64,000 nucleotides of DNA from Mobula hypostoma (Eukaryota): contig NC_086097.1 of the NCBI RefSeq assembly GCF_963921235.1, forward strand, positions 211,050,001 to 211,114,000, read 5' to 3'. Positions 40,539 to 54,154 of the stretch are shown here, piece by piece. Position numbers and translations under genes: made by a program. Within the stretch, counting starts at the first letter, position 1, and each line of letters opens with the position of its first letter. Below the pieces are notes generated by a model. The model was not told where the DNA came from. It ran no database searches and was given only the letters and a program-made list of their open reading frames with translations.

Positions 40539-41925
40539 CAGTGCCTTCAAAAAGTATTCAGCCCCCAGAACTATTTTCACATTTTACTGTTTCATTTTCT
40601 AAATTTAAAACATATTGAAGGATTCTTTGAACTACAAAACATTGTGCAAAAGAAAAATCCCAAAACCTGTCAATTTACTAAAAATCAAAAACCAAAATTG
40701 TGAAGCTTAAAAAAAATTCATCCCTACTGTATTTACCCCACCAATATTCAATCTGTTGGTGCAAAAAATAGGAGGATCACCTATTTTCAATGAATTCATA
40801 AGAATACTGTAAATACTGCCCTCCTCCCTCTAAGATCCAACAGTATGGTAGATTTTCAGTAAACTAAACCAAATAGAAGACTAAAGAGCATTCAAAACAA
40901 GTCATGGAAATGGCAATAGAGAAGCACAAATCCGGGGAAGGTTACAAGACCATCTCAAAAGCACTAAACATACCTCAGAGCTCAGTGCAGTCCATTGTGA
41001 AAAAGTGGAAGTATGAAATCACAGCCACTCTCTCTAGGTAGGGCCACTCCTCTGAACTTAGTCGCTGGAGAAGAATGGCACTTGTAAGACAGGCTACTGT
41101 GACACCAACAGTTGCTCTTATTGAGCTGCAGAAGTCAGTGCCTGCAACTGGAAATGAAGCTCTTGGCTCCAGAATCTCTAGGACCTTGCAAACAGAGGGT
41201 ACTTAAGGAAGAGTGGTAAGAAAGAGTGGTATATCCTTGGTTGTAAAAAATTTGCAAAGCATCACTTAGAAGATACAGTAAAGATGTGAATTACAGTCTT
41301 GAGACTAAAGTGGAACTTTCCGGCCTCAACACTAAGATTTACATGTGGCGTAAATCTAATACGGGCAGGTAACACCATCCCTACTGTAAAGTATGAAGGA
41401 GGTAACATCATGCCATGGGGATGCTTTTCAGAGACTGGAAATCTGGTCAGGATTGATGCTGCTAAATACTGGATAAAAAACTGCTAGCATCTGCCAGAAA
41501 GCATAAACTGGGGAGGAAATCACTCTTTCAGCAGGACAACAACCCAAAGTACACTTCCAGAGCAACCATAGTGGTTTCAAAATGAAGAAAACTAACCTGG
41601 GCAATGTTTGTGCAATTTTGCAAGGAGGAATGGACAAATCTTGCTATTAGTTGTGCAGAGCTAATAGAGACTACTGACTGTAATAGCTGCGAGAGGTGGT
41701 TCAACCAAGGGGCGGTGGGGGGGTGGGGAGAGGAGTGAATACTTTTGAACTGCTGACACTTCTGTTTTTGAATTTTTAGTTCTTTGTGTTTTACAATTTT
41801 CCCTGACTTTTTGGCTCTTCTGTAAAAAAAAAGAGCACATGATTCACAAATAAAAATTCTCAGTTAAATTGATAAAAATCCTTGGTCATAATACTCACTT
41901 ATGGTAACAAAAAGGTTGTGTGCTT
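40539..41925 (+). mobile_element. Decayed Tc1-like transposon
   Basis: TA|CAGTGCCTTCAAAAAGTATTCAGCCCCC left end. Manual translation KTKEHSKQVMEMAIEKHKSGEGYKTISKALNIPQSSVQSIVKKW, plus TVKYEGGNIMPWGCFS and FQQDNNPK. Right TIR not clearly preserved. Confidence 0.88.
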
Positions 41926-42724
41926 ACAAAAGATAGATACTTCAGCATCAAGGTGTTAAAGGCATGTAGACAGGAATGCAAAATTGATATACAATCAGAT
42001 CAGCCATAGTCGTATTAAATAGCAGAGCAGGATTGAGGGGTTTGGTCCTATTTGCTTCTTTTATTAGCCCTGAAAAAAATCAAAGCAATATAGGCACATT
42101 GTCACTGCATTCCTACAAAATCTACAGTAGTACAGTACTGAGAAGTTGTGCAACGTTAAGATGTTAAAATGAAGCCCTCTAACTCAATCCTAAAAATAGG
42201 CTTTTAACCAAGATTACTCATTCCACGCACTTTCAGGCTGGTGATGCACACGTGTGTTTTCACCCAGATTGGAACTTCATTTTTTAAAAGTTCCAGTCTG
42301 TTGTGATATCTGCCAAGTTTGTCTACACCCATTGGACCCATTTGATGGCTAGAAAAGTGAGGGAAATAACAAATACAAAGTTACAAATTTTTATAGAATA
42401 CAATTATGATTTTGTTGATACACAATTTTCAGCCAAGTCTATTACGAATTTATCCAGTACAGTCAAATAGTAGTGAGATTATGCATGTCCTCATGCATGG
42501 GAATCCTTTCATTTTGCAGAAGCAGTCAAGTGGATTCATCAGTACTGATTGTATTTATGGTTATTAACATGCCCTTGCTAGTTTTAACTGTTTTTTGTAA
42601 TGTGGAAGAATACTAACTCTTCAGCTGAGAGGGGTCTTGAACAGTATCGTGCAGGTCACAACAGACCCGATGCCACAAACGCCAACTGAAATTGATCAAA
42701 ATTCCCCTTTCGTACAGACGATTT

Positions 42725-42915
42725 TGGCTGGTATTTTGCCAATAATAATCCTTCAATTAATGTCCAGAAAACAATTATCTCATCATTATAATATTAGCAT
42801 TTGATAAAACATTTAGTGTGCAGAACAGCTATTGCATTTTCCTGCGTAGTATCAGCAACATAATGCTAATTGATTACTTAAGTAAAAAGAACATTGGGAC
42901 AGTCTGATGTTACTA
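42725..42915 (+). mobile_element. Deu-domain SINE remnant
   Basis: GCCAATAATAATCCTTCAA...AATTATCTCATCATTAT...TGTGCAGAACAGCT...CATTGGGACAGTCTGA resembles the Deu domain; it is the reverse-orientation relative of 7195-7745. Confidence 0.5.
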
Positions 42916-43484
42916 AAATCTAATTACCTGACTACAATGATCCCCTAATGTAAAATCAGAATGCAGTCTAAAAACATTTAAAAATTAAAATAGTTTTGAG
43001 AGTGGAATACTATTAATTTTCACTACCGAGAGTACCAAGTACTATACAGCAGGGCAAAAGTTATTCTGCCTCTCAGCTTCAGCAACCTGTACTGGATCAG
43101 ACCTCGGGGTGCCTGCATGGCATTTGGCTTCCACACATTGTTCGAGTTTCCTTCCACATCAGCAACATACCATTCAGTTTGCTGGCTACTGAAAACACAC
43201 TCCTCAGTATGGGCAAGTGGCAAAAGAATCAAAGGTAGCTGATGAGCTTGCAGGAGTGAATAAGATGTAAGACTACTGGAAATAAGAAGTATGGTCACGG
43301 AAAATAAAAACAGAAGATGCTCAAAATCCTCAGAAGGACAAGCCACATCTGTGAGAAAAGGAGTGAAGACTTCAGATTGAAGGCCCTTTATCAGAAAGAT
43401 GTTCAACATGAAACAGGTAAAGCTTCTGTTGCCACTGAGTATTTGATTTTCACTCAAGGATAATAGGACTTGCATGATTGCTTC

Positions 43485-43912
43485 ATGCGGGTGGCAGGCT
43501 GGAGATACGTCTCTACGTCACTCCTTCCCTCCGCTAGCCTACAAGTCACCCTTGGGCAAGGTGTAGCCCACCTTCCTCCCATGCCAGTAAGGATCATGTG
43601 AAACCATGGGAGCAGGTGGCAGGTGGTCATAAGTCCTGGTTATGTAAACATTGACGCCAGGCAGACAATCTCTGAAGAGTACTGATAATGGCTGGAGTCA
43701 CCTGTCTTGTAAAGACACTGCCCAGAAGGCAATGGCACAGCACTTCGGTAGAAAAATTTGCCAATAACTTTTCATGCAAGGAACATGTTTCCTCACCCAC
43801 TGCTGATTGATGCAATGAGACTTCAATGTGTCAAGTGTTGAGTTCTCTCTCCCACTTATGGCCATGGGACCATGATCACCTATGTCAAACGACACAGCAC
43901 AGTGATGACGAT
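43485..43912 (+). mobile_element. Non-autonomous RTE-related SINE-like repeat
   Basis: Contains GAAGGCAATGGC...CACTTC...TTGCC, resembling RTE/BovA-type 3' sequence, and a short (TGA) tail; non-coding. Confidence 0.5.
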
Positions 43913-45133
43913 TGCTCCATGGGAACCAGTCACTGGGTTAAATGGGTCCTCGTTTCATAAAGTGCATTGAATCTGAAGTAATTTTCAGGAAAATAAACCA
44001 TCCCAGTTCTCCTTTCAGTCAACCTGGGGACTAATGATGATCAGTGGCAACAGACTTCACCACTGGTGTGAAGGGACCATTTGAAACTATAATGAAAGGA
44101 ACAATAAACACCAATAGCACCTGGTACCTTCTGGCTATTTCAATGCAATCCATGAATTGTTGCCATGGTGATAACCAAAAACATAAATTTTCTCACAAAA
44201 AAAATCTGAAAAAATTAAAGATCAACTAGTTAATGCTAAATAAATTTCCTTTCCTTCAAATGATACAACATGACTATTACTACAGTGCACACACAGTGGT
44301 AGAAGGGTGGCAGAGAGAACTCAGCGCTTGACATATTGAAGTCTCATTGCATCAATCAGCTATGGGCAAGGAAACAAGTTCCTCCATTTTGGAAGAAGCA
44401 CTGAAGATGGCAAGGACATAAAATGTGCTCAGGATGGGGTAACTTCATTAATCAAGAGTGTCTTGGCAACAGCACTGCTGACCAAGTCCTATAACACATG
44501 GCTGCCAGACTAGATCTGCAGCAAGTAGAGAGCAACCATCTCAAGGATCTTACCCCTCCCAAACAAACTGTGAAAGATACACCTGTCTATGGTAACACTG
44601 TTGGAAATAACTACTGCACAATCCTGATTCACTACACAGGCACCCTCCTTCACATTGTACAGCACCACAATCATACCAAAGATTTTCAAAACCAATCTAA
44701 CAGCTCAAAAGTGAGTATCCATATTTTTCCTTAGTTTAAGGACAATAGTGATAATCTAGGAAATTATAAACCTGTGAGTTTCACATCAGTGGTAGGGAAG
44801 CTGAGGAAAGAATTCGGAGATCCAACTTACTCACAGTTGGAAAAAGCTTGGGTGTGTTAGGGATAGCCAGAGGGCAGATCACGTCTTACAAATTTCACTT
44901 TTTTTTGAGGTAGTGACAAAGTTGATTCATGAGGGTGGGGCAGTGGACTTTGTAAAAGCAAACAAAAATCAATAAAATTAAGATGCATAGGATCCACGGT
45001 GACTTGGTAGTTTGGGTTTAGAACTGGCTTGCCCATAGAAAGCAGAGTCATGATGGAAGTAGATTATTCTGGCGAGACGCCCATAACCAGTGGTGTTCCA
45101 CCACAGATCAGTGCCAGGGCTTAATGCCTTGGA

Positions 45134-45472
45134 TGGGTAGCACTGTAGCGCAGCGGTTAACGCAATCGCTTTACAGTACCAGGGATCATGGATTAGGATT
45201 CAATTCCTGCCGGTATTTAGGAGTCTGTACGTTCCCCCCCCCCCCATGAAAACATGGGGTCGCTCCAGGTGCACCCTCCCACATTCCAAAGACATATGAT
45301 TAGGGCTAGTGAGTTGTGGGCATGCTACGTTGGCATCCCAAGCATGGCAACACTTGAGGGCTGCCCCCAGCACATCCTCAGATTGTGTCGGTCGTTGATG
45401 CAAAACAGCGCATTTCAATGAATGTTTCGATGTATCGATGTGCAGTACGTGTGACAAGTAAAGCTAATCTTC
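45134..45472 (+). mobile_element. tRNA-derived SINE (V-SINE/HE1-like) inserted in an old CR1
   Basis: A-box-like TAGCGCAGCGG, B-box-like GATTCAATTCC and central CTCCAGGTGC...CCTCCCACATTCCAAAGAC. Related copies lie at about 49220-49565 (-) and 49720-49945 (+). Confidence 0.7.
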
Positions 45473-46246
45473 TTAAAAACATAGATGGGCTGAATCAGTA
45501 CATTTGCAGATGACACAAAGGTTAATGGAGCTATGCAGAGGGCTACACTGACATAGCAAGATGTACGTCAGTTACAGATACAGTGGAGAAATGGTAGTGG
45601 AGTTTCATCCAAGCAACCGTGAGGTGTTGCACTTTGAGAGACAAATGTAAAGGGAAAGTATACTGTTAACAGCAGGACCCTAAAAGCACCGACATACAAA
45701 GAGATCTTGGGGTCCCAATCCACAGCTTAGTGAAAGTAGCTATACAAGTAGATGGGTAGGGGGGTAAACTAGGCATAGGACATGTTTCCCTTCACTGTTG
45801 GGGTATCAAGTATAGAAGAAAGGAAGACATGTAGCAACTATATAAAACGTCAGTTAGGCCGAAATTGGGAGCACTGTGTGCAATTCCGTCTGCCCCATTA
45901 CAGGAGGCTTTGGAAGGTATGTACAACAAAGGAGAACTTGAATAAACTTGGGTTGTTTTCTCTGGAGTATATAAAGTGAGGGGAAACAGGATAGGTTTAG
46001 AAAATTATGAGAAGCATAGATTGAGAAGTAAAATCAGTAAGAATATTTTCTCCAGGGAAGAAACGTTAAACGCTAGAGGACTTGCATTTAAAAATAAAAG
46101 TGGGAAAGTTTAAAGAAGATGTAAGGGCAAGTCTATTTTTATGCACGGGGTAAGTGCCTGAAATAGGCAGGCAGGGGCAGTGGTGGCAGTAGATACAACA
46201 GTGGCATTTAGATAGAGACATGGATATGCAGAGAATAGCGGGATAT

Positions 46247-46762
46247 ACATTCAGTGGCCACTTTACCTGTAAACCTGTTCATTAATGCAAATATCATGCC
46301 ACAGTAATAATGCATAAATGCATGCAGACATAGTCAAGAGGATCAGTCGTTCAGATCAAATATCAGAACACAAAAGAAATATGATCCAAGTAATTTCGGC
46401 CACGGAAAGATTGTTGACGTTAGACAGGGTGGTGTGAGCATCTCAGAAACTGCTGATCTCCTGGGATTTTAGTGCACAACAGTCCCCAGAGTTTACAGAG
46501 AGAATGGTGTGAAAAACAAAAAACATCCAGTGAGCCAGAGGTCAGAGGACAATGGCAAGACTGGTTCAAGATGAAGGGAATGTGACTGCAACTCAAAAAA
46601 AAACTGGTTACAACAGTGGTGTGCCGAAGAGTATCACTGAATGCAAAACACATTGAACCTTGAAATGGATGGGCTACAGTGGCAGAAACCCTCTAACATA
46701 CACTCAGTGGCCACTTTATCAGATATAGACTGTACCTCATATAGCGGCTATTGAATAAACAG
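46247..46762. mobile_element. Non-autonomous Tc1/mariner-derived repeat
   Basis: TACA(T/C)TCAGTGGCCACTTTA occurs near both ends, with a degenerate inverted copy at about 46735-46762. Confidence 0.6.
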
Positions 46763-47239
46763 TCAATCATACACAGAAGAGATTTAACATCATGTTTGGC
46801 ACAGAGATTATGGGCTGAAAGGCAAGTCGCTGTGCTGTACAGTTCTATGTTCCACTTTTTAATACTACAAAAACAGAATATGTTCCTGTGCTTTACTATT
46901 CTATTGTTCAATAATAAAAATACCAGATGAATATAAACTTTTAACTTTTCCTCATTTTAACTTGGAACATTAACTCCTTTTCTCTCACTATAGGTATCAC
47001 TTGATCTACTAAATATTTCCAACATTTTAGCTCCAAGAAATTATCAAAGTACATATATGTCACCATATACAACCCTGAGATTTTCAGATTCAGGTTCACT
47101 ATGATAACCAGCATCTGTCATGAGTTTTGTTCACTTAGCAGCAGCAGTACAATGCAAGACATGATAAATATAGAAAAAAATGAATTACAGTAAGTATATA
47201 TGTATACTAAATAGTTAAATTAAAAATAGTAGTGCAAAA

Positions 47240-48800
47240 ATAGAAATAATTTTAAAAGTGAGATAGTGTTTATGGGTTCAACGTCCATTTAGAAATTGGT
47301 TGGCAGAGGAGAAGAAGCCATTCCTGAAACACAATGTGCGCCTTCAGGCTTCTACACTTCCTTCTTGACGTTTATAATGACAAGAGGTCACGTTTTGGGT
47401 GATGGGGGTCCCTAATAATGGACAGCACCTTTGTGAGGCATCGCTCCTTAGAGATGTCTTGGATACTGTGGAGGATAGTACCCATGATGGAGCTGACTAA
47501 TTTCTTAGACATTCACAGCAAATACCAAGAAACAACAGAATCAATGAAAGACTACTCACAATCAAAGTGCAAAAGGCAACAAACTGTACAAATACAAAAA
47601 GTAAAATAATAATAAATAAATAAGCAATAAGTTTCAAGAACAAGAGATGAATAATCCTTGAAAGTGAGTGCGGTTAGTTCTGTGTTGCGGTGAGTGAAGT
47701 TAACACCACTCGTTCAAGAGTCTGATGGTTGAGGAGTAGTAACCGTTTATGAACCTGGTGCTGTGCATCCTGAGGCTTCTGTAGGTCCATCCTGATGGCA
47801 GCAGCCAGAAGACAGCACGCCTTTGACAGTGGGGGTCCTTGATCACAGATGCTGCTTTCCTGTGACAGCACTCCAAAAGGTGAGGCAGTGCTCAAAGGTA
47901 CGGCAGGCTTTACCTGTGATGAATTGGGCTGTATTCATTACTTTTTGTAGGCTTTTCCATTCAAGATTATTGGTGTTTCCATACCTGGCCAAGATGCAAC
48001 CAGTCAATATGCTCACCACTGCACATCTATAGAAGTTTGTCAAAGTTTCAGATGATATACTGAATCTATGCTAACTTCTAAGAAAGTAGAGACACTGCCG
48101 TGCTTTCTTTGTAATGGCATCTACATGCTGGACACAGACAGATCCCCTGAGGTAATAACACAGAGGAATTTAAAGTTGCTGACCCTCTCCACCTCTGATC
48201 CCCTGCAGAGGATTGGCTTACGGACCTCCGTTTCCCTCCTCCTGAAGTCAATAAGCAGCTCCTTGGTCTTGTTAACACTGAGAGAGAGGTTGTTGTGGGG
48301 CACCACTCAGCCAGATTAGGCCAACCACAGTGGTGTCGTCAGCAAATCTGACTAAGGCATCGGAGCTCCGCTTAGCCTCATAGTAATAGTTGTAAAGCAA
48401 GTAGAGCAGGGGCTAAGCACACAGCTTTGTGGTGCCCCTGAGCTGATGGAGATTGTGGAGATGTTGGTGTCAATCTGAACTGACTGGGGTCTGCAAGTGA
48501 GGAAATCAAGGATCTAGATGCACAAGGAGGTATTGAGGCTTGGGTCATGGAGCATATTGATTAGTTTTGAAGAAATGACAGTATTGAATGCCGAGCTGCG
48601 ATCAATGAAGAACACTCTGATGTACACATCTTCACTGTCCAGATGTTCCAATGTTGAATGAAGAGCTAATAAAATTTCATCTGCTGTTGACCTTTTGTAA
48701 TGATAGGAAAATTGGAGCGGATCGAAGTCACTGATCATGCAGGAGTTGATAGATTTCATCACCATCCTCTCAAAGCACTACACCACAGTGGATGCAATTG
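47240..48800 (-). mobile_element. Rex1/Babar LINE fragments
   Basis: FDPLQFSYH...IRVFFIDRSSAFNT, NNLSLSVNKTKELLIDFRR and TNFYRCAVVSILTGCI. Confidence 0.85.
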
Positions 48801-50504
48801 TTAATTTTGGTTTACAGCTTTTGCACGTTTTTGCTCTTCAAATGTCTTTTATAATGATCCATACATGAACTGTGTTATGTATCTAAAATAAAACTTAATA
48901 TCTTTATCAATGAAATGGGAGGGCAGAAATGAAATTTCTAGTTTTACATGTGAAATATTAACCTGTGTTTCATTCCACAGACACAGTCTGATCTGCTGCA
49001 CGTTTCCACCAAGTTTCCAGCATCTGCAGGTTTTTTTTTGATTAATGAAACGAAAGGTACCAGGACAAGGAGGAGTTTAAGACTTGCATTTGAAAGATAA
49101 ATAAGAGCAACTCCGAGGCCACAAAATCAGTGTTAACAAAGGTGAACTGACACATTAGATTAAGGGATTAGTCAGTCAGTAGCAGATAGTCAAGGAGATT
49201 TTTCAGGGGACAAAGATAAAGATAAGCTTTATTTGTCACATGTACATTGAAACATTTGACAATCATCGGGGGATCAGAGGTGGAGAGAGTCAGCAACTTT
49301 AAGTGCATTATTTGCATCAGATCAGTGAGGATTGTGCTGAGTAGCCCACAATTGTTGCCATTCTTCGGCACCATTATGGCATGCCCACAAAACACTAAAC
49401 CTAAATGCACATATTTGGAATGCAGGAGGAAACTGGAGCACCCAGATTAAGCCCACACTGTCACCGGGAGAACATACAAACTCTTACAGACAGCAAGAAT
49501 CAAACCGCGATTTTACAGCTGGCACTGAAAAGCAGAGTGCACTAACCACAACGCTACCATGCCACAAAGAAATGATTTAGCCGTCTGATAGTGAAGGGAG
49601 ATCTCACTATCCACGGTTAACCAAAACCGTCAAAGATAACATCAAGCTTAAAGAAAAAGGACAGGATTGTGCAAAGACAGACAGCAGGCCAGAAGAGTGG
49701 ATTGAAGAATGAACAGATCAGGGCAGTCTGCATAATGCTACTACAGAGCCAGCCACCTGGGTTTAAGTCCCGCCACTGTCTGTGAAGAGTTTGCACGTTC
49801 TCCCCGTTCCCTTCAAGTGCTCCATTTTCCTCCCACATTCCAAAGACACACAGGTTAATACAAACATTTGTAGATTAATTGGTCACTTGGGTGGCGTGGG
49901 TTCATGGGCCGGAAGGGCCTTTTACCGTACTGGGTCTCCAAATAGAAATAAATAAAACTAAAAATAATAAAAGGATTAATAGGGAAGCAAAATATTAGAA
50001 CATGAAATAAGAGCAGCCAGTAACAGAAGTCCAAATAGCAATAGTTTCTATAGATACTTAATAGAGAGAAGAGTTAACAAATTGAGTACCGGTCCTATAG
50101 AAAGTGAATTTGATGATACTGAAAAACAAGAAGATGGCAGGTAATTTGCAAACATGTTCACTGTAGGGAATAAAAATTATATCCCATTAACAAGGTGGAG
50201 AGGAAGGGAGGAAAGAACACAAGAAAGTCACAATCACCAGGAAAGTGATATTGAATAAATTGTTGGATCTAGACACAGAACAGTGCAGCGCAGGAACAGT
50301 CTATGTGGTCTATCACAAGGCCAATCTAAACTACTCCCATCTGCCTGAACGTATTCCATAGCATACTATTCACTGTCTGTTCATATATCTGTCTGAATGA
50401 CTTTAAAATATTGCTATCGTATGTGTTTCTACTACCTCCCCTGGCAGTGCACTCCAGGCACCATCCACTCTGAACAACAAGCTGGCCTCTCAAATCTGCT
50501 TTCA

Positions 50505-53065
50505 CATTTTGGGCCAGGCGTGACCTGTACAAAATAGACGGGTTGCACTTGAATCCGAGGGGGACCAATATCCTGGCAGGGAGGTTTGCTAAGGCTTTTG
50601 GGGAGAGTTTAAACTAGAATAGCTGGGGGATTGGAACCGAACTGAGGAGACTGAGGAAGGGGCAGCTGGCTCACAAATAGAGACAGAGGAAGGGGTGGTT
50701 AGCATCAAAAAGAGACAGTGCTAGAGGGAGGAGAGTCAGGTGAAAGGGAAGGGATGCGCTCAGACTAATGGTTTGAGATGTGTCTATTTGTGGCCATTAC
50801 AGAGACCTGGATGGCTTAGGAGCAGTTATGGTTACTTAGAGTGCCAGGCTTTAGATGTTTCAGAAAGGACAGGGAGGGAGGCAAAAGAGATGGGGGCATG
50901 GCACTGCTGATCAGAGATAGCGTCACAGCTGCAGAAGAGGAGGAAGTCATGGAGGGATTGTCTTTTGAGTTGCTGCGGGTGGAAGTTAGGAACAGGAAGG
51001 GGTCAATAACTCTACTGGGTGTTTTTTTTATATAGACCACCCAATATTAACAGGGATATCAAGGAGCAGATAGGGAAACAGATTCTGAAACAGTGCAGTA
51101 CTAACAGGGTTGCCGTGATAGGGGATTTTAATAGGGATTGGCAGCTCCCTAGAGCAAGGGATTTAGATGGGGTGGAATTTGTTAGGTGTGTTCAGGAAGG
51201 TTTCCTGACACAATATGTAGATACGTGTACAAGAGGAGAGGCTGTACTTGATCTGGTATCAGGAAATTAACCTGGTCAGGTGTCATTTCTCTCAGTGGGA
51301 GAGCATTTTGGAGATAGTGATCACAATTCTATCTCCTTTACCATAGCATTGGAGAGGGATAGGATCAGACAAGTTAGGGAAACGCTTAATTGAAGTAAGG
51401 GGAAATATGAAGCTATCAGACAAGAACTTGAAAGCATAAATTGGGAACAAATGTTCTCAGGGAAATGTACAGCAGAAAAGTGGCAAATGTTCAGGGGATA
51501 TTTGCGTGGCATTCTGCATAGGTATGTTCCAATGAGACAGGGTACAGCAGGTGTACAAAGGCTGTTGTTCTAGTCAAGAAGAAAAGAAAAGCTCACGAAA
51601 GGCTCAATAAAACTAGGCAATGATAGGGATCTAGAAGATTATAAGGCGAGAAGGAAGGAGCTTAAAAATGAAATTAGGAGAGCCAGAAGGGGCCATGAGA
51701 AGGCCTTGGCGAGCAGGATTAAAGAAAACCCCAAGGCATTCTACAAGTATGTGAAGAGCAAAAGGATAAGACGTGAGAGAATAGGACCAATCAAGTGTGA
51801 CAGTGGAAAAGTGTGCATGGTATCGGGGGAGATAGCAGAGGTACTTAATGAATACTTTGCTTCAGTATTCACTATGGTAAAGGATCTTGGCGAATGTAGG
51901 GATGATTTACAGCGGACTGAAAAGATTGAGCATATAGACATTAAGAAAGAGGATGTGCTGCAGCTTTGGGAAAGCATCAAGTCGGATAGTCACGAGATGT
52001 ACCCCAGGGTACTGTGGGAAGTGAGGGAGGAGATTGCTGAGCCTCTGGCAATGATCTTTGCATCATCAATAGGGACGGGAGAGGTTCCGGAGAATTGGAG
52101 GATTGCGAATGTTGTTCCCTTATTCAAGAAAGGGAGAAGAGATAGCCCAGGAAATTATAGACCAGTAAGTCTTACTTCAGTGGTTGGTAAGTTGATGGAG
52201 AAGATCCTGAGAGGCAGGATTTATGGACATTTGGAGAGGCATAATATGATTGGGGATAGTCAGCATGGCTTTGTCAAAGGCAAGTCGTGCCTTACGAGCC
52301 TGATTGAATTTTTTGGATGTAACTAAACACATTGATGAATGCAGAGCAGTAGATGTAGTGTATATGGATTTCAGCAAGGCATTTGATAAGGTACCCCATG
52401 CAAGGCTAATTGAGAAAGTAAGAAGGCATGGGATCCAAGGGGATATTGCTTTGTGAATCCAAAATTGGCTTACTCACAGAAGGCAAAGAGTGGTTGCAGA
52501 CGGGTCATATTCTGCATAGTGCCTCAGGGATCTGTTTTGGGACCCCTTCTCTTTGTAATTTTTATAAATGACCTGGATGAGGAAGTGGAGGGATGGATTA
52601 GTAAATCTGCTTATGACACAAAGGTTTTGGGTGTTGTGGATAGTGTGGAGGGCTGTCAGAGGTTACAGCAGGGCATCGATAGGATGCAAAACTGGGCTGA
52701 GAAGTGGCAGATGGAGTTCAACCCAGATAAGTGTGAGGTGGTTCATTTTGGTAGGTCAAATATGATGGCACAATATCGTATTAATGGTAAGATTCTTGGC
52801 AGTGTGGAGAATCAGAAGGATCTTGAGGTCCGAGTCCATAGGACACTCAAAGCTGCTGCACAGGTTGACTCTGTGGTTAAGAAGGCATAAGGTGCATTGG
52901 CCTTCATTAATCGTGGGATTGAGTTTAAGAGCAGTGAGGTAATGTTACAGCTATATAGAACCCTGGTTCGACCCTATTTGGAGTACTGTGCTCAGTTCTG
53001 GTCACCTCACTACAGGAAGGATGTGGAAACTACAGAAAGGGTACAGAGGAGACTTACAAGGATGT
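50505..53065 (+). mobile_element. Longest CR1 copy: ORF1 end, endonuclease and RT, frameshifted
   Basis: DLYKIDGLHLNPRGTNILAGRF (SGNH-like ORF1 end), endonuclease motifs, 206-aa ORF with NYRPVSLTSVVGK, and [11 protein letters not shown]. Confidence 0.93.
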
Positions 53066-53530
53066 CAGTTATGATCTCCGGTCAGAATAACACCCCACTG
53101 CCACTATCTTCTGTCCAAGCCAATTTTGCACCCAAATTACTAATTTACCATGTGACTTAACTTCCTGGATCAGCACATCTTCAAGGGCCTTCTCAAATGC
53201 TTCACTAAAGTCCATGCAGACCACATCCACTTTGTTACTTCATCAAAAAACAATCAAATCTGTGAGAGGGGACCTCACGCACACAAAACCACGTTGATGA
53301 TCTCCAATGACTTCATGCCCTTCTAAATGTAAGTAAATCCCTTCTTCAACAATTTCCCCAGCACTGCTGCAAAATTTCACTAGCCTGTAACTTCCTGGAT
53401 TATCCCTGTTGCCATTCTGAAACAAAGGAACAATACAGCCAATTCTCCAATCTTCTGGAATCTCACCTGGGGCTGAAGAGGATCCAAAGACCTCTGCCAA
53501 GGTCCCAGCAAATTTTTCTCTTGCCTCCTT
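53066..53530 (-). mobile_element. Old CR1 RT fragment
   Basis: GEIPEDWRIGCIVPLFQNGNRDNPGSYR...HQRGFV. Confidence 0.8.
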
Positions 53531-54154
53531 CAGTGTCATAGAAATATGTTTCACGGACTTACCAACCATAACATTTTTCAATGCAATTCAATTCTTCTCT
53601 TTAATATCACATACCCCAATGGGAGGTACTCATTTAGGGGTTTATCCATAGAGCTAGAGGACACGTGTAAATTCCCTCCTTTGTCTTTGAATGAATCCAA
53701 CACTTTCCTTATTTACTTCCCTTACTTCCCTTACTTTTAAATACATATAAATACTTTGGAGTTCTCCTGTGAGCTAATAGGCCCCTGTATTCCAAATTAT
53801 TTGATCTTAAAGTACAAAACCTGCAAGTGAGGTAGTTGATGCATTGATTATAATCTGTCAAAGTTCCCTAGATTTAAGGATGCCATTCAAATGGGAAGCA
53901 GAAAATGCAATTCATTGATTCAAAGTGACACAGAAAACAGAATACTATAGGCCAATTAGGTTAATATCCGCCATATCAAATATTAGAAATTTATATTAAA
54001 GACCATATAGCATGCTACTTGGCAAACAATTGTGGTAACCATGGCAAGAAAATATGGTTTAGTGAAATGAAACTATGGTAAGTTTATTGCAGTTCAGTGG
54101 AGGTGCACCATGAATATACAGAAGTGAGACACAGCAGCTATTGAGTGGTATCCT

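Noticed and set aside
43023..43475. 150-aa ORF
   Set aside because: No recognisable homology; it spans a decayed Penelope-type repeat.
45134..45210. tRNA gene
   Set aside because: It has only degenerate A/B boxes as a SINE head and no cloverleaf.
50505..53065. Active autonomous CR1
   Set aside because: Multiple stops, frameshifts and deletions; the catalytic FADD motif is altered to AYD and the 3' end is missing.
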